Below are positions 9,822 to 19,421 of a stretch of DNA of 64,000 nucleotides, one piece after another. The stretch's first letter is position 1; each line of letters opens with the position of its first letter. A program made the translations under genes and the position numbers. Source of the stretch: Candidatus Nezhaarchaeales archaeon (lineage in GTDB: Archaea > Thermoproteota > Methanomethylicia > Nezhaarchaeales > JAWCJE01). The DNA lies in the NCBI GenBank assembly GCA_038853715.1, contig JAWCJE010000001.1:117963-181962 (forward strand), given 5' to 3'. The notes below the pieces were generated by a model. It was given only the letters and a program-made list of their open reading frames with translations, ran no database searches and was not told where the DNA came from.

Positions 9822-10562
9822 TTAAAAGGCTGGAGAAGCGGTTGAAGGGAGGCTTAGTACGACCTCGACGGGGCATGGTATACCGCTTAAAAGCTTCCTC
9901 CATTCATCGCCAAAGGCTAGTAACGTGAAAACGCCGACTAGCCTAGCTTTCGCCTTCCTAGTTATGTTTATTAGAGCCTGCACCGTTCTACCGGTTCTAA
10001 TCATGTCGTCAACTATTAATACGTCGTCCTTAGCCGTTAAGGAACGCTTTGGGACGTAGAGCGTGGTAAGCGATACCGGGCTACCAGCTGGGTAGGATTC
10101 CTCTATGAATTCTTTAACGCCTATATCCTTAGTCGCTTTAGCTATTACGATGGGGGCTTCAAGCGCTAACGCCACCGCTGTGGTTAATGGGATGCCGTTA
10201 ACAGCCGCCGTAACTACCTTGGTTATCCTCTTACCGGCGAACCTAGTCATTGCCTCGCTGGAGGCCTGCGTAAGCACGTAGGGGTCTTGGATTATGGGCG
10301 TTAAATCTACGTAGCCGTACTCATCGTACCTTAGTAGTGATTTAAGGATTGATGAGAAACTTATATTTCTATTCATGAGGCTCCAGAGGCTTTGAGCTAC
10401 GCTTTCACTAGGTGTTACATCGCCCTTAATGTATCTACATAGAACTGTTTCAGGCTTATTTAACTTCTTTGAGAGCTCCGCGTATGAATACACCTTTTTA
10501 AGGAGCCTTAACTTATTAACCACCATTAACCTAAACTTTAGGTTCTCCTCCTTACGCTTCAT
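9822..10562 (-). CDS. HTH plus type-I phosphoribosyltransferase-domain transcriptional regulator (GfcR/PyrE-like regulator architecture).
   Basis: The N-terminal wHTH region is followed by the PRTase PRPP-binding motif 'VLIVDDMIRTGRT'. It sits immediately upstream of the PfkB kinase on the same strand. Confidence 0.65.
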   Translation of the reverse strand: MKRKEENLKFRLMVVNKLRLLKKVYSYAELSKKLNKPETVLCRYIKGDVTPSESVAQSLWSLMNRNISFSSILKSLLRYDEYGYVDLTPIIQDPYVLTQASSEAMTRFAGKRITKVVTAAVNGIPLTTAVALALEAPIVIAKATKDIGVKEFIEESYPAGSPVSLTTLYVPKRSLTAKDDVLIVDDMIRTGRTVQALINITRKAKARLVGVFTLLAFGDEWRKLLSGIPCPVEVVLSLPSTASPAF

Positions 10563-10876
10563 ATTCCCCCTCTACAAGCCTGACATAAAAAATTGGTTTC
10601 ATCCCCTCTTAAGCTTTCCTTACTTAAATTAAACCGGACGTTGAGAGCCGTCACTACCATATTGATTCGCATTAAGCTAACGCTTTACCATAAGAGGCAT
10701 GCTTGATTAAACGCTACGTTGAAGCGTTACACCTAAGGCGGCATCGAGGCGCTTACGATCCTGAAGTTCCTCGAGCATTAATCCGCGTGAAATTTAATCC
10801 TTAAATTCTCCATTAGAGATAACGGTTAAGAAGCTGCTATCACCCTTAAAGGTCGAGGCTGTACGGTGAAAACGCT

Positions 10877-11794
10877 ATGAGGCCTGAGCTCATCCTTAAA
10901 GCTAGGGAGGCCAAGGCGGAGGAGCTCGAAAATCTAGCTTTAACCGTTAGGGCTATATTGCGTAAGGAAAGGGAGAAAGGTGTTTTCGGCGGCGGAATAG
11001 TGAAGGGGGGACTGGTACAGGTACGTGGATACGAGGAGGCTATAGTGATTGGAGATATCCATGGCGACTTCGAGGCCTTAACAACTATGGTTGAGGGGGC
11101 CGGTATACCCCGTGGTTTAGGTACTGATAGGCTACTAATCTTCCTAGGCGACTACGGAGATAGGGGGGAACAATCGGTTGAGGTCTACTTTCTAATTTTA
11201 GCTTTAAAAGCTTCATACCCCGATGGCGTAGTCCTACTTAGGGGTAATCATGAGGGCCCACATGATTTAGTGGCTAGCCCCCACGACCTTCCATACCAGT
11301 TCGTGGAGAGGTATGGGGATAAAGGGGTAAGGCTTTACCTGGTTATCTCCTCCCTCTTCGATGCTCTCCATCACGCTTTAACGGTTAATGGGTACTTAAT
11401 GCTTCACGGTGGGGCTCCGAGCGGAGCTAAAAGTATTGACGACATAGCGTACGCCCACGAGAAGCATCCGAGCGAAACCAGCCTTGAGGAAATACTTTGG
11501 AATGACCCCGTTGACGACGTACTGGGAACCTATCCATCGCCTCGAGGCGCCGGTAAACTCTTCGGTAAGGATGTAACGGAGCGCGTACTCTCAATGACGA
11601 ATTGCGAAGTATTAATTAGGGGGCATGAGCCCTGCCGTAAAGGTGTTAAAGTACAACACGACGGTAAGGTTTTAACGCTTTTCTCACGTAAAGGCTATCC
11701 ATACTGGAACGATGAGGCAGCCTACCTTAAGATAAACCTAAAGGATCAAGTTCTTAACGCGTATGAACTAGCTGAATCAGCTATCAAGTTTTAA
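10877..11794 (+). CDS. PPP-family Ser/Thr protein phosphatase (calcineurin-like metallophosphoesterase).
   Basis: Motifs 'GDIHGD', 'GDYGDRG' and 'LRGNHE' are all present. Confidence 0.8.
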   Translation: MRPELILKAREAKAEELENLALTVRAILRKEREKGVFGGGIVKGGLVQVRGYEEAIVIGDIHGDFEALTTMVEGAGIPRGLGTDRLLIFLGDYGDRGEQSVEVYFLILALKASYPDGVVLLRGNHEGPHDLVASPHDLPYQFVERYGDKGVRLYLVISSLFDALHHALTVNGYLMLHGGAPSGAKSIDDIAYAHEKHPSETSLEEILWNDPVDDVLGTYPSPRGAGKLFGKDVTERVLSMTNCEVLIRGHEPCRKGVKVQHDGKVLTLFSRKGYPYWNDEAAYLKINLKDQVLNAYELAESAIKF

Positions 11795-11806
11795 GAGGGG
11801 CTTGAC

Positions 11807-12403
11807 GTGAAATCAACTAGCGTTACGTTCCTAGATGAAACACTCAAAGCATCCGTAGTGCTCTGGCGTTTCCTTAACGGGATGAGGAGGCTTTGGGCCC
11901 CTTGGCGTATGGAGTACATAAAAAGCATTAACGAAAAGCCGAAGGGATGCATATTCTGCGAGAAAGCGAAGGAAGCTGATGACGAGAAGAACTTAATAGT
12001 TTATCGGGGTAGTGAGGCGTTCATAATGCTGAACGCCTACCCATATAATAGCGGGCACCTAATGGTTGCGCCATATCGGCATACTCCAAGTTTAACCGAT
12101 TTAAACGATCAGGAGCTCCTTAACGTTTTTAAGCTCGTCAACCTGGGCATTAAGGCCTTAACGCTCTCCATGAAGCCCGAGGGCTTTAACGTCGGCGTCA
12201 ACATAGGTAGGGCTGCTGGCGCCGGCGTAGCGGAGCACGTCCACGTCCACGTGGTTCCAAGGTGGGCTGGAGACACTAACTTTATGCCCGTGATAGGTGA
12301 AGTAAAGGTACTGCCCGAGCTTTTAAGGAATACTTGGCTTAAGGTTAGGGAGGCATTAAACAGTTTAACCTTATGCCGCTCGAGAAGCGATTTAACGCTG
12401 TAG
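11807..12403 (+). CDS. HIT (histidine triad) family nucleotide hydrolase/transferase.
   Basis: Histidine triad 'HVHVHVVPR', with 'CIFC' upstream. 198 aa, though the real start may lie downstream. Confidence 0.75.
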   Translation: MKSTSVTFLDETLKASVVLWRFLNGMRRLWAPWRMEYIKSINEKPKGCIFCEKAKEADDEKNLIVYRGSEAFIMLNAYPYNSGHLMVAPYRHTPSLTDLNDQELLNVFKLVNLGIKALTLSMKPEGFNVGVNIGRAAGAGVAEHVHVHVVPRWAGDTNFMPVIGEVKVLPELLRNTWLKVREALNSLTLCRSRSDLTL

Positions 12404-12556
12404 CCTAGATCCTTGAGCGAGCCGTAGGTAGCTTTACCCTCACCATAGCTTAACCACCATGCTAGCCTTAAACAGCACAGTTGTTCCCTAATGAGGGGGT
12501 TGGGGCCCGATAAAGTTTAAGGGCGAAGGCTGTTTACGTGTAGGCTTTAAAATTGG

Positions 12557-13828
12557 TTAGAGGAGCCCCATAAGCATGGGTATTAAATCGACTCCTCGAT
12601 TTAGTAAGCCTAGTTCGCCGCTTTTACAAGTCGATTCACAGAACTTTGAAGCGCCTCTACCCTTAACGCTACCAGCTATCATGAGTGGCACCGGGTCGTC
12701 GCTATGAGCCCTTAAATCGCATGGGGTTGCGTGATCGGCGGTTACGCATATTAAGCATTCATTAAGGTTTAACGCTTTAAGTAGCTCGCCGAAGAAGGCT
12801 TCATCGATTACGCTTATCAACTCGGCTTTAAGCTTAGCGTCTCCGTCGTGTCCGGGTTCATCGGGTCCCTTAATGTGTACGTAGAAGCAGTCGAAATCTC
12901 GGTACGCGTTTAAAAGCGCTTTAACCTTGAGTTCGCTATCAAGCTTAACGTTACCCGTGGGTGGAGGTATATTAACTACGTCCATTCCGGCTAGCTTTGC
13001 TATTCCTATCTCCACGGGCATTTCAGCTAGGCAGGCGAACCTAACCTTGTAGCGCTCGTTAATGTTGAATAGCTTAGGTAGCCTATTCCCGGCGTCGCGC
13101 GTAAGGATGATGTTGGCCTTCAATAAACCCTTGGAGGCCCTTTTCAGGTTGATCGGGTGTTCCTCGAGGATTAACCTACTTTTAACCGTAAACTCGTTAA
13201 TAAGTTGCGCTGAAATCTTGGAGGTTAGGCTATCGTCTAATGGTTTACACTCCTCCACCTTAAGCTCCAAGGGTATCTTAGCTATGCCTAGCCCTTCAAG
13301 CTTAGCGTAGCTAGGGTCCGTATTGGTTATACTACTCGATAGGGGTATGGTGCTCCTTATAACGAGGACGGCCCTATGCCCTATGGTGCTTTTAAACGTA
13401 AAGCTAGCCGGGTAGGATTCCAGCTTCACCAATCTATTTATGGCTTCGCCTAGGATTGAAGCCTCCTCGCTTGAAAGGCTTCTACCCACCCTCCTATCTA
13501 GGATTTTACCGTTAGGGGAGGCAGTAGCAAAATTACACCTGACAGCTAGGTCTCCATCGTTTAACGGTATGCCGGCGCCATAGGCTTCAATAGGCCCCCT
13601 ACCAGTATGGTACTTAAACGGGTCGTAGCCCAGCATGGATAAAACTGCTACATCGCTCTCCGGCGCAATCCCGCGTTTAACCGTGTATATTAAGCCGAGT
13701 TTAGCGTTTCGAACTAGAAGGTCCATATTAGGTGTATTAGCGTATTCAAGAGGCGTTTTACCGTTTAAAACCGGCGATGGACGATCCCCAGCGCCATCCA
13801 GCATGATGTAGATAAGCTTAGTACGCAT
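12557..13828 (-). CDS. apgM: 2,3-bisphosphoglycerate-independent phosphoglycerate mutase, archaeal type.
   Basis: 423 aa with the N-terminal 'IMLDGAGDRP' and the C-terminal 'VTADHATP' metal-site motifs. Confidence 0.85.
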   Translation of the reverse strand: MRTKLIYIMLDGAGDRPSPVLNGKTPLEYANTPNMDLLVRNAKLGLIYTVKRGIAPESDVAVLSMLGYDPFKYHTGRGPIEAYGAGIPLNDGDLAVRCNFATASPNGKILDRRVGRSLSSEEASILGEAINRLVKLESYPASFTFKSTIGHRAVLVIRSTIPLSSSITNTDPSYAKLEGLGIAKIPLELKVEECKPLDDSLTSKISAQLINEFTVKSRLILEEHPINLKRASKGLLKANIILTRDAGNRLPKLFNINERYKVRFACLAEMPVEIGIAKLAGMDVVNIPPPTGNVKLDSELKVKALLNAYRDFDCFYVHIKGPDEPGHDGDAKLKAELISVIDEAFFGELLKALNLNECLICVTADHATPCDLRAHSDDPVPLMIAGSVKGRGASKFCESTCKSGELGLLNRGVDLIPMLMGLL

Positions 13829-14172
13829 ATCGCCTCGGTTAAAGCTTAACTAGCTATGTTTTTAACCGATCATGAAGGTAGTACGCGTAGCAGAAGGTAA
13901 GCCTAAGGTAAATCCGTAGAAGGCTTCTTAGGTCGTAGTGATCGCGCTAGCTATTAAGGTTCGTTGGGAGGGTTATGGCGGGGTCCGTTATCCGTCGCGT
14001 GGAGAAAGATAGCACCTACAACTAATAGGTACTTCGGAATACTCTATAGCCGCGCTTAGTACTTTACGAAGTATGAGGATCGTTTAGCGTATTAAACCGA
14101 ACGGGTTTAAAGATACGTACTTCATACTTTTAATGGTGGTGAAGCTTAAGCGGTTCTTAAAGACTATTAAGC

Positions 14173-15186
14173 GTGAAGGCGGCGGTATTAATGAGGCTTC
14201 AACTAGCCGTCGATCTATACGACTTAGATCTATCTTTAACGCCTTCCTTCGTCTCATCCGTCTACGAGAGGAAGGCTAAGGGGGAGTGGGTTAAGGTCGC
14301 GGGTTACCTATCGGGTAAGCTTATGATTAAGCAGTTAAAGCCTTCTAAGCTGTTAATTAAGTGTTTAACGGATCAGCCTAAACTTGTTAAGAAGCTTGTT
14401 GAGTATGAGTTAGGCTTATGGCATGAGCCCTTCGAGCATGGTCTAGATAAACTACCTAGAAGCGTTAGAAGCGTTCTAGTTAAGCTAGCTTCAACGTACC
14501 CTGGGCTAAGGCTACCGATTAGTTATAGGGATCAGTTCTACATATTCGTAGCTGTCGTCCTCTCTAGGAGGGCTAATTACGATCGATGGGTGCTTAAATG
14601 GTGTAAGAGGATATGGCGATTGTATGATGGGAGGCTTGAGGCGTTAATTAACGCCGATCGGAGCGAGCTTACGCGGATCGGTTCGAGCTACCAGGTAATG
14701 TTGTTACCAACCCTTTTAAAGGGCCTCCTAGAGGCCGTACGCTGCTTAGGTGGGTTAAGCTCCTTCCTTAAACTTGATCCAAACCTAGCTAGAGCCTTAC
14801 TGATTAAAAGGTGTAAAGGTATAGGGCCTAAGCTTTCCGATTCCTTCGTGCTTTCGGTGTTTAAAGCGCCGCATATCATCCCTTGCGATGTACACCTAGT
14901 GACGGTTGCGTCTAGGATGGGGTTAATCGGTGAAGCCAAGGTAAAGCTGCCATCTAAACCTTTATGCTCTAAATACGTTTGTAGTGAGAAGGCTTCTAGC
15001 TTAACGCGTTTACCTGTATGCCCGAGGACGTCTAGTTGCGTTAGGAGTAGGTTGCAACGGATGGTGGGGGAGCTTGGAGGATGGCTTCAAACGATAACCT
15101 ACCTTCACGGTAGGAGCTACTGTAGGACCCTGAGGCCTAAGTGTAATGTATGTCCTATGCGCGAGGATTGTAAAGGGCGGCCGTAG
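14173..15186 (+). CDS. Divergent HhH-GPD DNA glycosylase with a C-terminal [4Fe-4S] cluster loop (EndoIII/MutY-like) and an N-terminal extension of about 150 aa.
   Basis: HhH motif 'LIKRCKGIGPKLSDSFVL' followed by the catalytic-Asp context 'IIPCDVHL'. The C-terminal 'CRTLRPKCNVCPMREDC' fits C-x6-C-x2-C-x5-C exactly. Confidence 0.55.
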   Translation: MKAAVLMRLQLAVDLYDLDLSLTPSFVSSVYERKAKGEWVKVAGYLSGKLMIKQLKPSKLLIKCLTDQPKLVKKLVEYELGLWHEPFEHGLDKLPRSVRSVLVKLASTYPGLRLPISYRDQFYIFVAVVLSRRANYDRWVLKWCKRIWRLYDGRLEALINADRSELTRIGSSYQVMLLPTLLKGLLEAVRCLGGLSSFLKLDPNLARALLIKRCKGIGPKLSDSFVLSVFKAPHIIPCDVHLVTVASRMGLIGEAKVKLPSKPLCSKYVCSEKASSLTRLPVCPRTSSCVRSRLQRMVGELGGWLQTITYLHGRSYCRTLRPKCNVCPMREDCKGRP

Positions 15187-15254
15187 GTTGACGTTCGCGC
15201 TGAAAACTTAAATTGCCGATGAGGGAGGGAGGGCTTAAGCTTCTTACATAAACC

Positions 15255-16856
15255 TTAAGGCTTCATTAGGAGTTGGGCTGAGGCTACGTAGTTAACGTAA
15301 TCCAGCGCCGCTTTAGCTCCGTTACTAGCTAACTCTATGAGGGGGTATGGGTATACGCCGAGTACGACGGTTGAAGCCGTTAATATCGTTATTGGCGCTA
15401 ACATGGGTAGGCCGGGCTCGCTAACCTGTTTAAGGCTGCTTGGAAGCTTCCCGAAGAAGACGGCGTGAATAACCCTAAACTGAGCCGCTAGTACGATTGC
15501 GCTTGTAACCACTAGGAGGATGGCTCCAACTATCGCTGTAGGGGTAAGCTTTTCGAGGGCCGCTATAACTAGTAGTAGTTTACTTACGAATACGTTTAAG
15601 GGTGGTACGCCGGCTATTGATAGCGCGCCTATAATATAGCAGGTAGCGGTGATAGGCATTCTAGCGTATAATCCGCCGAGTTCACGGATATCTCTAATAT
15701 GGGTTTTATGGATTATACAGCCGACGGTGAGGAAGAGGAGGGCCTTGGTGATCATGTGGTTTATGACGTGTAGCGTAGAAGCCGTTAAGCCTGATTCTGA
15801 TGCTAAACTTACGCCTAGGAAGGCGTAGCCGATGTTAGCGATCGTTGAGTAGGCTAGGAAGCGTTTAATATCGTTTTGTAGTAGCATAGCTAAACTGCCT
15901 AGTAGCATTGAAAGCATACTTAAAGCTGTGACGACTTGGATTGAACTATGTACGGCGTTTAATACCTCCTCGATTACGTTTACGCCTCCATGGAAGACCG
16001 TAAAAAGTAGGCGGATGGACGTGTAAACGGTAACCTTAACGAAGGCCCCTGAAAGTACGGCGCTTATAGGTGTTGGCGCGGCTGGATGCGCATCCGGTAG
16101 CCAAGTGTGTAATGGGGCTAAGGCAGACTTTAAGCCGAAGCTCCATAAAGTTAAGGCCATTATGGCTGGTAGGACGAGAGTTATGCTGGACGGTATATTC
16201 CTTATACCGCCGCTAAGGGGTTCGGGGCTTTGACTATGTAAGCTTATCTTCACGGATAGGTCCGCCATATTAAGGGTTCCGAAGGCCCCGTAGATGAAGG
16301 CGGTTGCGAAGTAGTAGAAGTTTAAGGCTAAAGCGCTCATGAACATGTATTTTAAGCCTGCTTCAACGGCTTCGAAGCTTCTCCTTAGGAAGGCGACGAG
16401 CGCGTAAGAAGGCACCGACATTAACTCTAGGAAGACGAAGAGGTTAAAGAGGTCGCCGGTATATAGTGCACCCATCATACCGGACTCTAAGGTTAATAGT
16501 AAAGCGTAGTATAGGCTAAGGTTACCCTCCCTACTCATGTACTCGGTTGAGTAGATGGTGGCTAATAGGATGATTGCGGCTGACGCTACAGCTATGAGGC
16601 TATTTAGCTTATCCACCTCTAAAACGATACCAACCGGCGGTGGGAAGCCTCCCATCCGGTAAAGTAGGATACCGTTACCTGAGGAGGCGTAAACCATCGT
16701 AAGCACGGCGAATAGTAGTGTAGCGGCAGAAGACATACAGGCGAATACGTTAACCCACTTCCTAGAGATGAAGGTACCTATGGCTGGTGCTAGGAAGCCG
16801 GCGAAGAGCGGTGTGAAAACGGTTAGGATGGCTGCGTGTATTAGGCTAACGGCCAT
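15255..16856 (-). CDS. mrpD: Mrp/Mbh antiporter-like subunit (MrpD/NuoN/MbhH-like); last gene of the operon.
   Basis: 533 aa polytopic protein with NuoL/M/N-family conserved TM motifs. Adjacent to the mrpC-like gene on the same strand. Confidence 0.75.
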   Translation of the reverse strand: MAVSLIHAAILTVFTPLFAGFLAPAIGTFISRKWVNVFACMSSAATLLFAVLTMVYASSGNGILLYRMGGFPPPVGIVLEVDKLNSLIAVASAAIILLATIYSTEYMSREGNLSLYYALLLTLESGMMGALYTGDLFNLFVFLELMSVPSYALVAFLRRSFEAVEAGLKYMFMSALALNFYYFATAFIYGAFGTLNMADLSVKISLHSQSPEPLSGGIRNIPSSITLVLPAIMALTLWSFGLKSALAPLHTWLPDAHPAAPTPISAVLSGAFVKVTVYTSIRLLFTVFHGGVNVIEEVLNAVHSSIQVVTALSMLSMLLGSLAMLLQNDIKRFLAYSTIANIGYAFLGVSLASESGLTASTLHVINHMITKALLFLTVGCIIHKTHIRDIRELGGLYARMPITATCYIIGALSIAGVPPLNVFVSKLLLVIAALEKLTPTAIVGAILLVVTSAIVLAAQFRVIHAVFFGKLPSSLKQVSEPGLPMLAPITILTASTVVLGVYPYPLIELASNGAKAALDYVNYVASAQLLMKP

Positions 16857-17243
16857 TTAACCGGCCAACCTCCTAACGCGTCTTTCATCTACGCTACCGT
16901 AAATCCTGTAGACGGCGATTATTAAGGCGACCGCGAAGGCCGTAACGGCCATATCGATAACTATGGCTGTTAACACTAAGCATTGCGGTAGAGGGTCTAC
17001 GGCTAGGCTTACGTAGCTTGAAATGTCCTCTCTTAACCCGTGCGGTATGACTGGCGCTATAGGGATGTTTGGCCACACTTCGCGGTACCCTAACGTTATG
17101 AAGAAGAGGTTTATGGAGTTCACCATTAACCCTAGCCCTATCAACTTCTTAACGAAGTTAGGCTTAGCTAGAACGCAGTATAACGCTATTAGGAAGAGCG
17201 TTACCGCGGCTAGGTACGGATATTGCTGAATAATGTTCGTCAA
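16857..17243 (-). CDS. mrpC: MrpC/NuoK-like small membrane subunit.
   Basis: 128 aa with a NuoK-like N-terminal region. Confidence 0.7.
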   Translation of the reverse strand: MTNIIQQYPYLAAVTLFLIALYCVLAKPNFVKKLIGLGLMVNSINLFFITLGYREVWPNIPIAPVIPHGLREDISSYVSLAVDPLPQCLVLTAIVIDMAVTAFAVALIIAVYRIYGSVDERRVRRLAG

Positions 17244-17725
17244 CGTTTTTCATCATCCCTACTCGGAGCTATCTCCCTTAAAGCCGTGAAGAAGAGGAAG
17301 GCTGCTAGGAAGCCCATACCAACGTTTATTGATTCACCTAACGCTAGTAGCGGTATTGAACCGGCCGATAAAGCTTCAACTCCAAACCATTTCTCCGGGA
17401 AGAAGCTTAACGGTAGACCCCATTCAGGTTTCGCTTGGTTCTGCATGAAGAAGCCGAAGCAGATACCCGTTAAGCTCGTTAAGGCTATTAAGCTTAACCC
17501 GAAGGCCTGGAACCTTAAAACGTGTTTAACCGGCGTTTTAGCTACGCATTCCTCGTACCCCATAGCCACCACGTAGAGTATGAAGGCCGCGCCTAGTAAA
17601 GCGCCGCCTTGAAAGCCGCCTCCGGGCGTGAAGTGTCCATGCATTATTACGTTAGCCGCTAACACTAAGATGAGCGGTGTTATAAGCCTAGTCGCGGTTT
17701 TAACGATGATACTCATCCCGCTCAA
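17240..17725 (-). CDS. mrpB: MrpB (MnhB-domain) subunit.
   Basis: 'HGHFTPGGGFQGG' signature of MnhB. Confidence 0.75.
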   Translation of the reverse strand: MSGMSIIVKTATRLITPLILVLAANVIMHGHFTPGGGFQGGALLGAAFILYVVAMGYEECVAKTPVKHVLRFQAFGLSLIALTSLTGICFGFFMQNQAKPEWGLPLSFFPEKWFGVEALSAGSIPLLALGESINVGMGFLAAFLFFTALREIAPSRDDEKR

Positions 17726-17991
17726 CTAAACCTCCTCCTTGAAAGTAGGGTTAAAACCCCTATTACGGCTATGAAGAAGACGCTGGTTTCCCCTAAAGTA
17801 TCGTAACCCCTATAATCCCATACGAGGGCTTGAACGGCTTCAGTAGCGGCTGTCTGCGTTAAAGTGTTGTTTAAGTAGTAGAGGGCAAGGGGACGTATGA
17901 AGCCGAAGCTTGGTAGCCCTACTACGCCGTAGGCTAATGTCAACCCTAGGACGGCTATGAAGGTTAACGCTAAAGCCTCCCTAACGTTCAT
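17722..17991 (-). CDS. MbhE-like small subunit (MnhB-related).
   Basis: 89 aa with the motif 'VWDYRGYDTLGE', which I recall as the MnhB-related family signature. Confidence 0.6.
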   Translation of the reverse strand: MNVREALALTFIAVLGLTLAYGVVGLPSFGFIRPLALYYLNNTLTQTAATEAVQALVWDYRGYDTLGETSVFFIAVIGVLTLLSRRRFS

Positions 17992-18245
17992 GGCTCCTCG
18001 AACCTCAAAGTCTTCTTTACAACTATAACGAGTAGGGCTGTCCCTACACCCGCATCTATAACTACTTGTGTTAACGCTATATCCGGGGCTTGAAGAACGT
18101 AGAATACGGCTGCTAATGCAACGCTTTGCATCGAGAGGAATATGTTAGCAGCTAGTAGGTCGCGCGTCCTTACGGCGAGAAACGCGAATATCAACATTAA
18201 CCCTAGTAACGCTACTAGGACGGCGTGGAAGACCTGCGGCGTCAA
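17988..18245 (-). CDS. MbhD-like subunit (DUF4040, MrpA C-terminal-like).
   Basis: 85 aa, two TM helices, with the conserved 'PDIALTQVVIDAGV' pattern. Confidence 0.6.
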   Translation of the reverse strand: MTPQVFHAVLVALLGLMLIFAFLAVRTRDLLAANIFLSMQSVALAAVFYVLQAPDIALTQVVIDAGVGTALLVIVVKKTLRFEEP

Positions 18246-18619
18246 GGATTTTCATCCTCCTTAAGCATATCGCAAGCCTTAGGCTCAAACTTAACGCCGG
18301 ACTTATACGCTGCCCTCGCGATCGCGTGGGCTCCGACGGGGGATGTTAAAACGATAAGTACGGCTACGAGTATGCATCCAGTAGCGATCGGCAGTTTAAC
18401 CTCAACCGGCTCGTTAAGAGTTAACGCTATTAACGCGACGCCTAGAATCGGATAGAAGGCTCCTCCAATACTACTAACCGTAGCAGCGTGGAGGCGGACG
18501 TAGAAGTTAGGGAACCTCACCATCCCGATGGCGCCCACCACGTTACAGAATAAGCCTACCCCGAGTAACGTTAAACCTACAACCTCCAGCGCCGATCGGA
18601 TTAACGACATTAAATCCAC
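18242..18619 (-). CDS. mrpG: MrpG (MnhG) subunit.
   Basis: 'GMVRFPNFYVRLHAATVSSIGG' matches the MnhG core motif. Confidence 0.75.
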   Translation of the reverse strand: MDLMSLIRSALEVVGLTLLGVGLFCNVVGAIGMVRFPNFYVRLHAATVSSIGGAFYPILGVALIALTLNEPVEVKLPIATGCILVAVLIVLTSPVGAHAIARAAYKSGVKFEPKACDMLKEDENP

Positions 18620-18894
18620 TATTCTCCAACCTCCCTACCTTCAAGGTACTTAGCTATATACAATGTTCCGATAAACCCTAAAACGGCTAGGGAGACTGCT
18701 ACCACGATGAAGAACGTGGAGGAATAGTAAAGGGCTAGGAGGACGAAGATTAAACAGGCCGCCGCGGAAGCAACATCTAAGGCTAAAACGCGGTCAGGTA
18801 TTGTAGGCCCGGCGGCCACCCTAAAAGCTAGGAGGGCTAGTGAAGCTAGAAGTGGAGCCATAAACCATATTAGGATGGCTTTATCCATTAGCAT
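18619..18894 (-). CDS. mrpF: MrpF (MnhF/PhaF) subunit.
   Basis: 91 aa with the 'GPTIPDRVLALD' motif. Confidence 0.7.
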   Translation of the reverse strand: MLMDKAILIWFMAPLLASLALLAFRVAAGPTIPDRVLALDVASAAACLIFVLLALYYSSTFFIVVAVSLAVLGFIGTLYIAKYLEGREVGE

Positions 18895-19421
18895 TACCCG
18901 AACACCTTTAGGAGTTTTTCGTCGAAGGCCTTATTGATGCTTTCGTAGCAAGCCTTAAGGTCCATGGAGGTAACGTTTATCCAGTTTACGTATATAACTC
19001 CACGTCCCGTATCGGTTTCAACGCTAACGGTTCCCGGCGTATTCGTTATGGAGCAGGCTACGGCGGTTAAGCCGAAGTCCGTTTTACACGTACATGGGAC
19101 CTTAACGATGCCCGGGTTTATCGGCATCCTTGGATGCAGTATCCTGTAGATTACGTCCTTATGGGCTAGGTACTCAGCCACCGTAAAGTAGTAGGCTACG
19201 TACTTCATACCCTCAATGAGGCGGCGAAGATTAAGCTCGGGGCGGCCCTTAAAGACGATGTCACGCGTGAAAAAGGCGAGTATTAATGAGGCTATTACGC
19301 CTAGTGAAACCTCGTCAGGCCTCACGTTACCGGATAGGAGAAGCCAGAATAGTAGGTAGAGGGAGGTTAAAACGGCGATTGCTGAAAGACCGTTTAACAC
19401 CTTCATTACCACCACCGCCAC
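18894..19421 (-). CDS. mrpE: MrpE (MnhE) subunit.
   Basis: 'ITNTPGTVSVETD...VIYVNWINV' matches the MnhE pattern 'TLTPGT...HWI'. Confidence 0.7.
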   Translation of the reverse strand: MAVVVMKVLNGLSAIAVLTSLYLLFWLLLSGNVRPDEVSLGVIASLILAFFTRDIVFKGRPELNLRRLIEGMKYVAYYFTVAEYLAHKDVIYRILHPRMPINPGIVKVPCTCKTDFGLTAVACSITNTPGTVSVETDTGRGVIYVNWINVTSMDLKACYESINKAFDEKLLKVFG

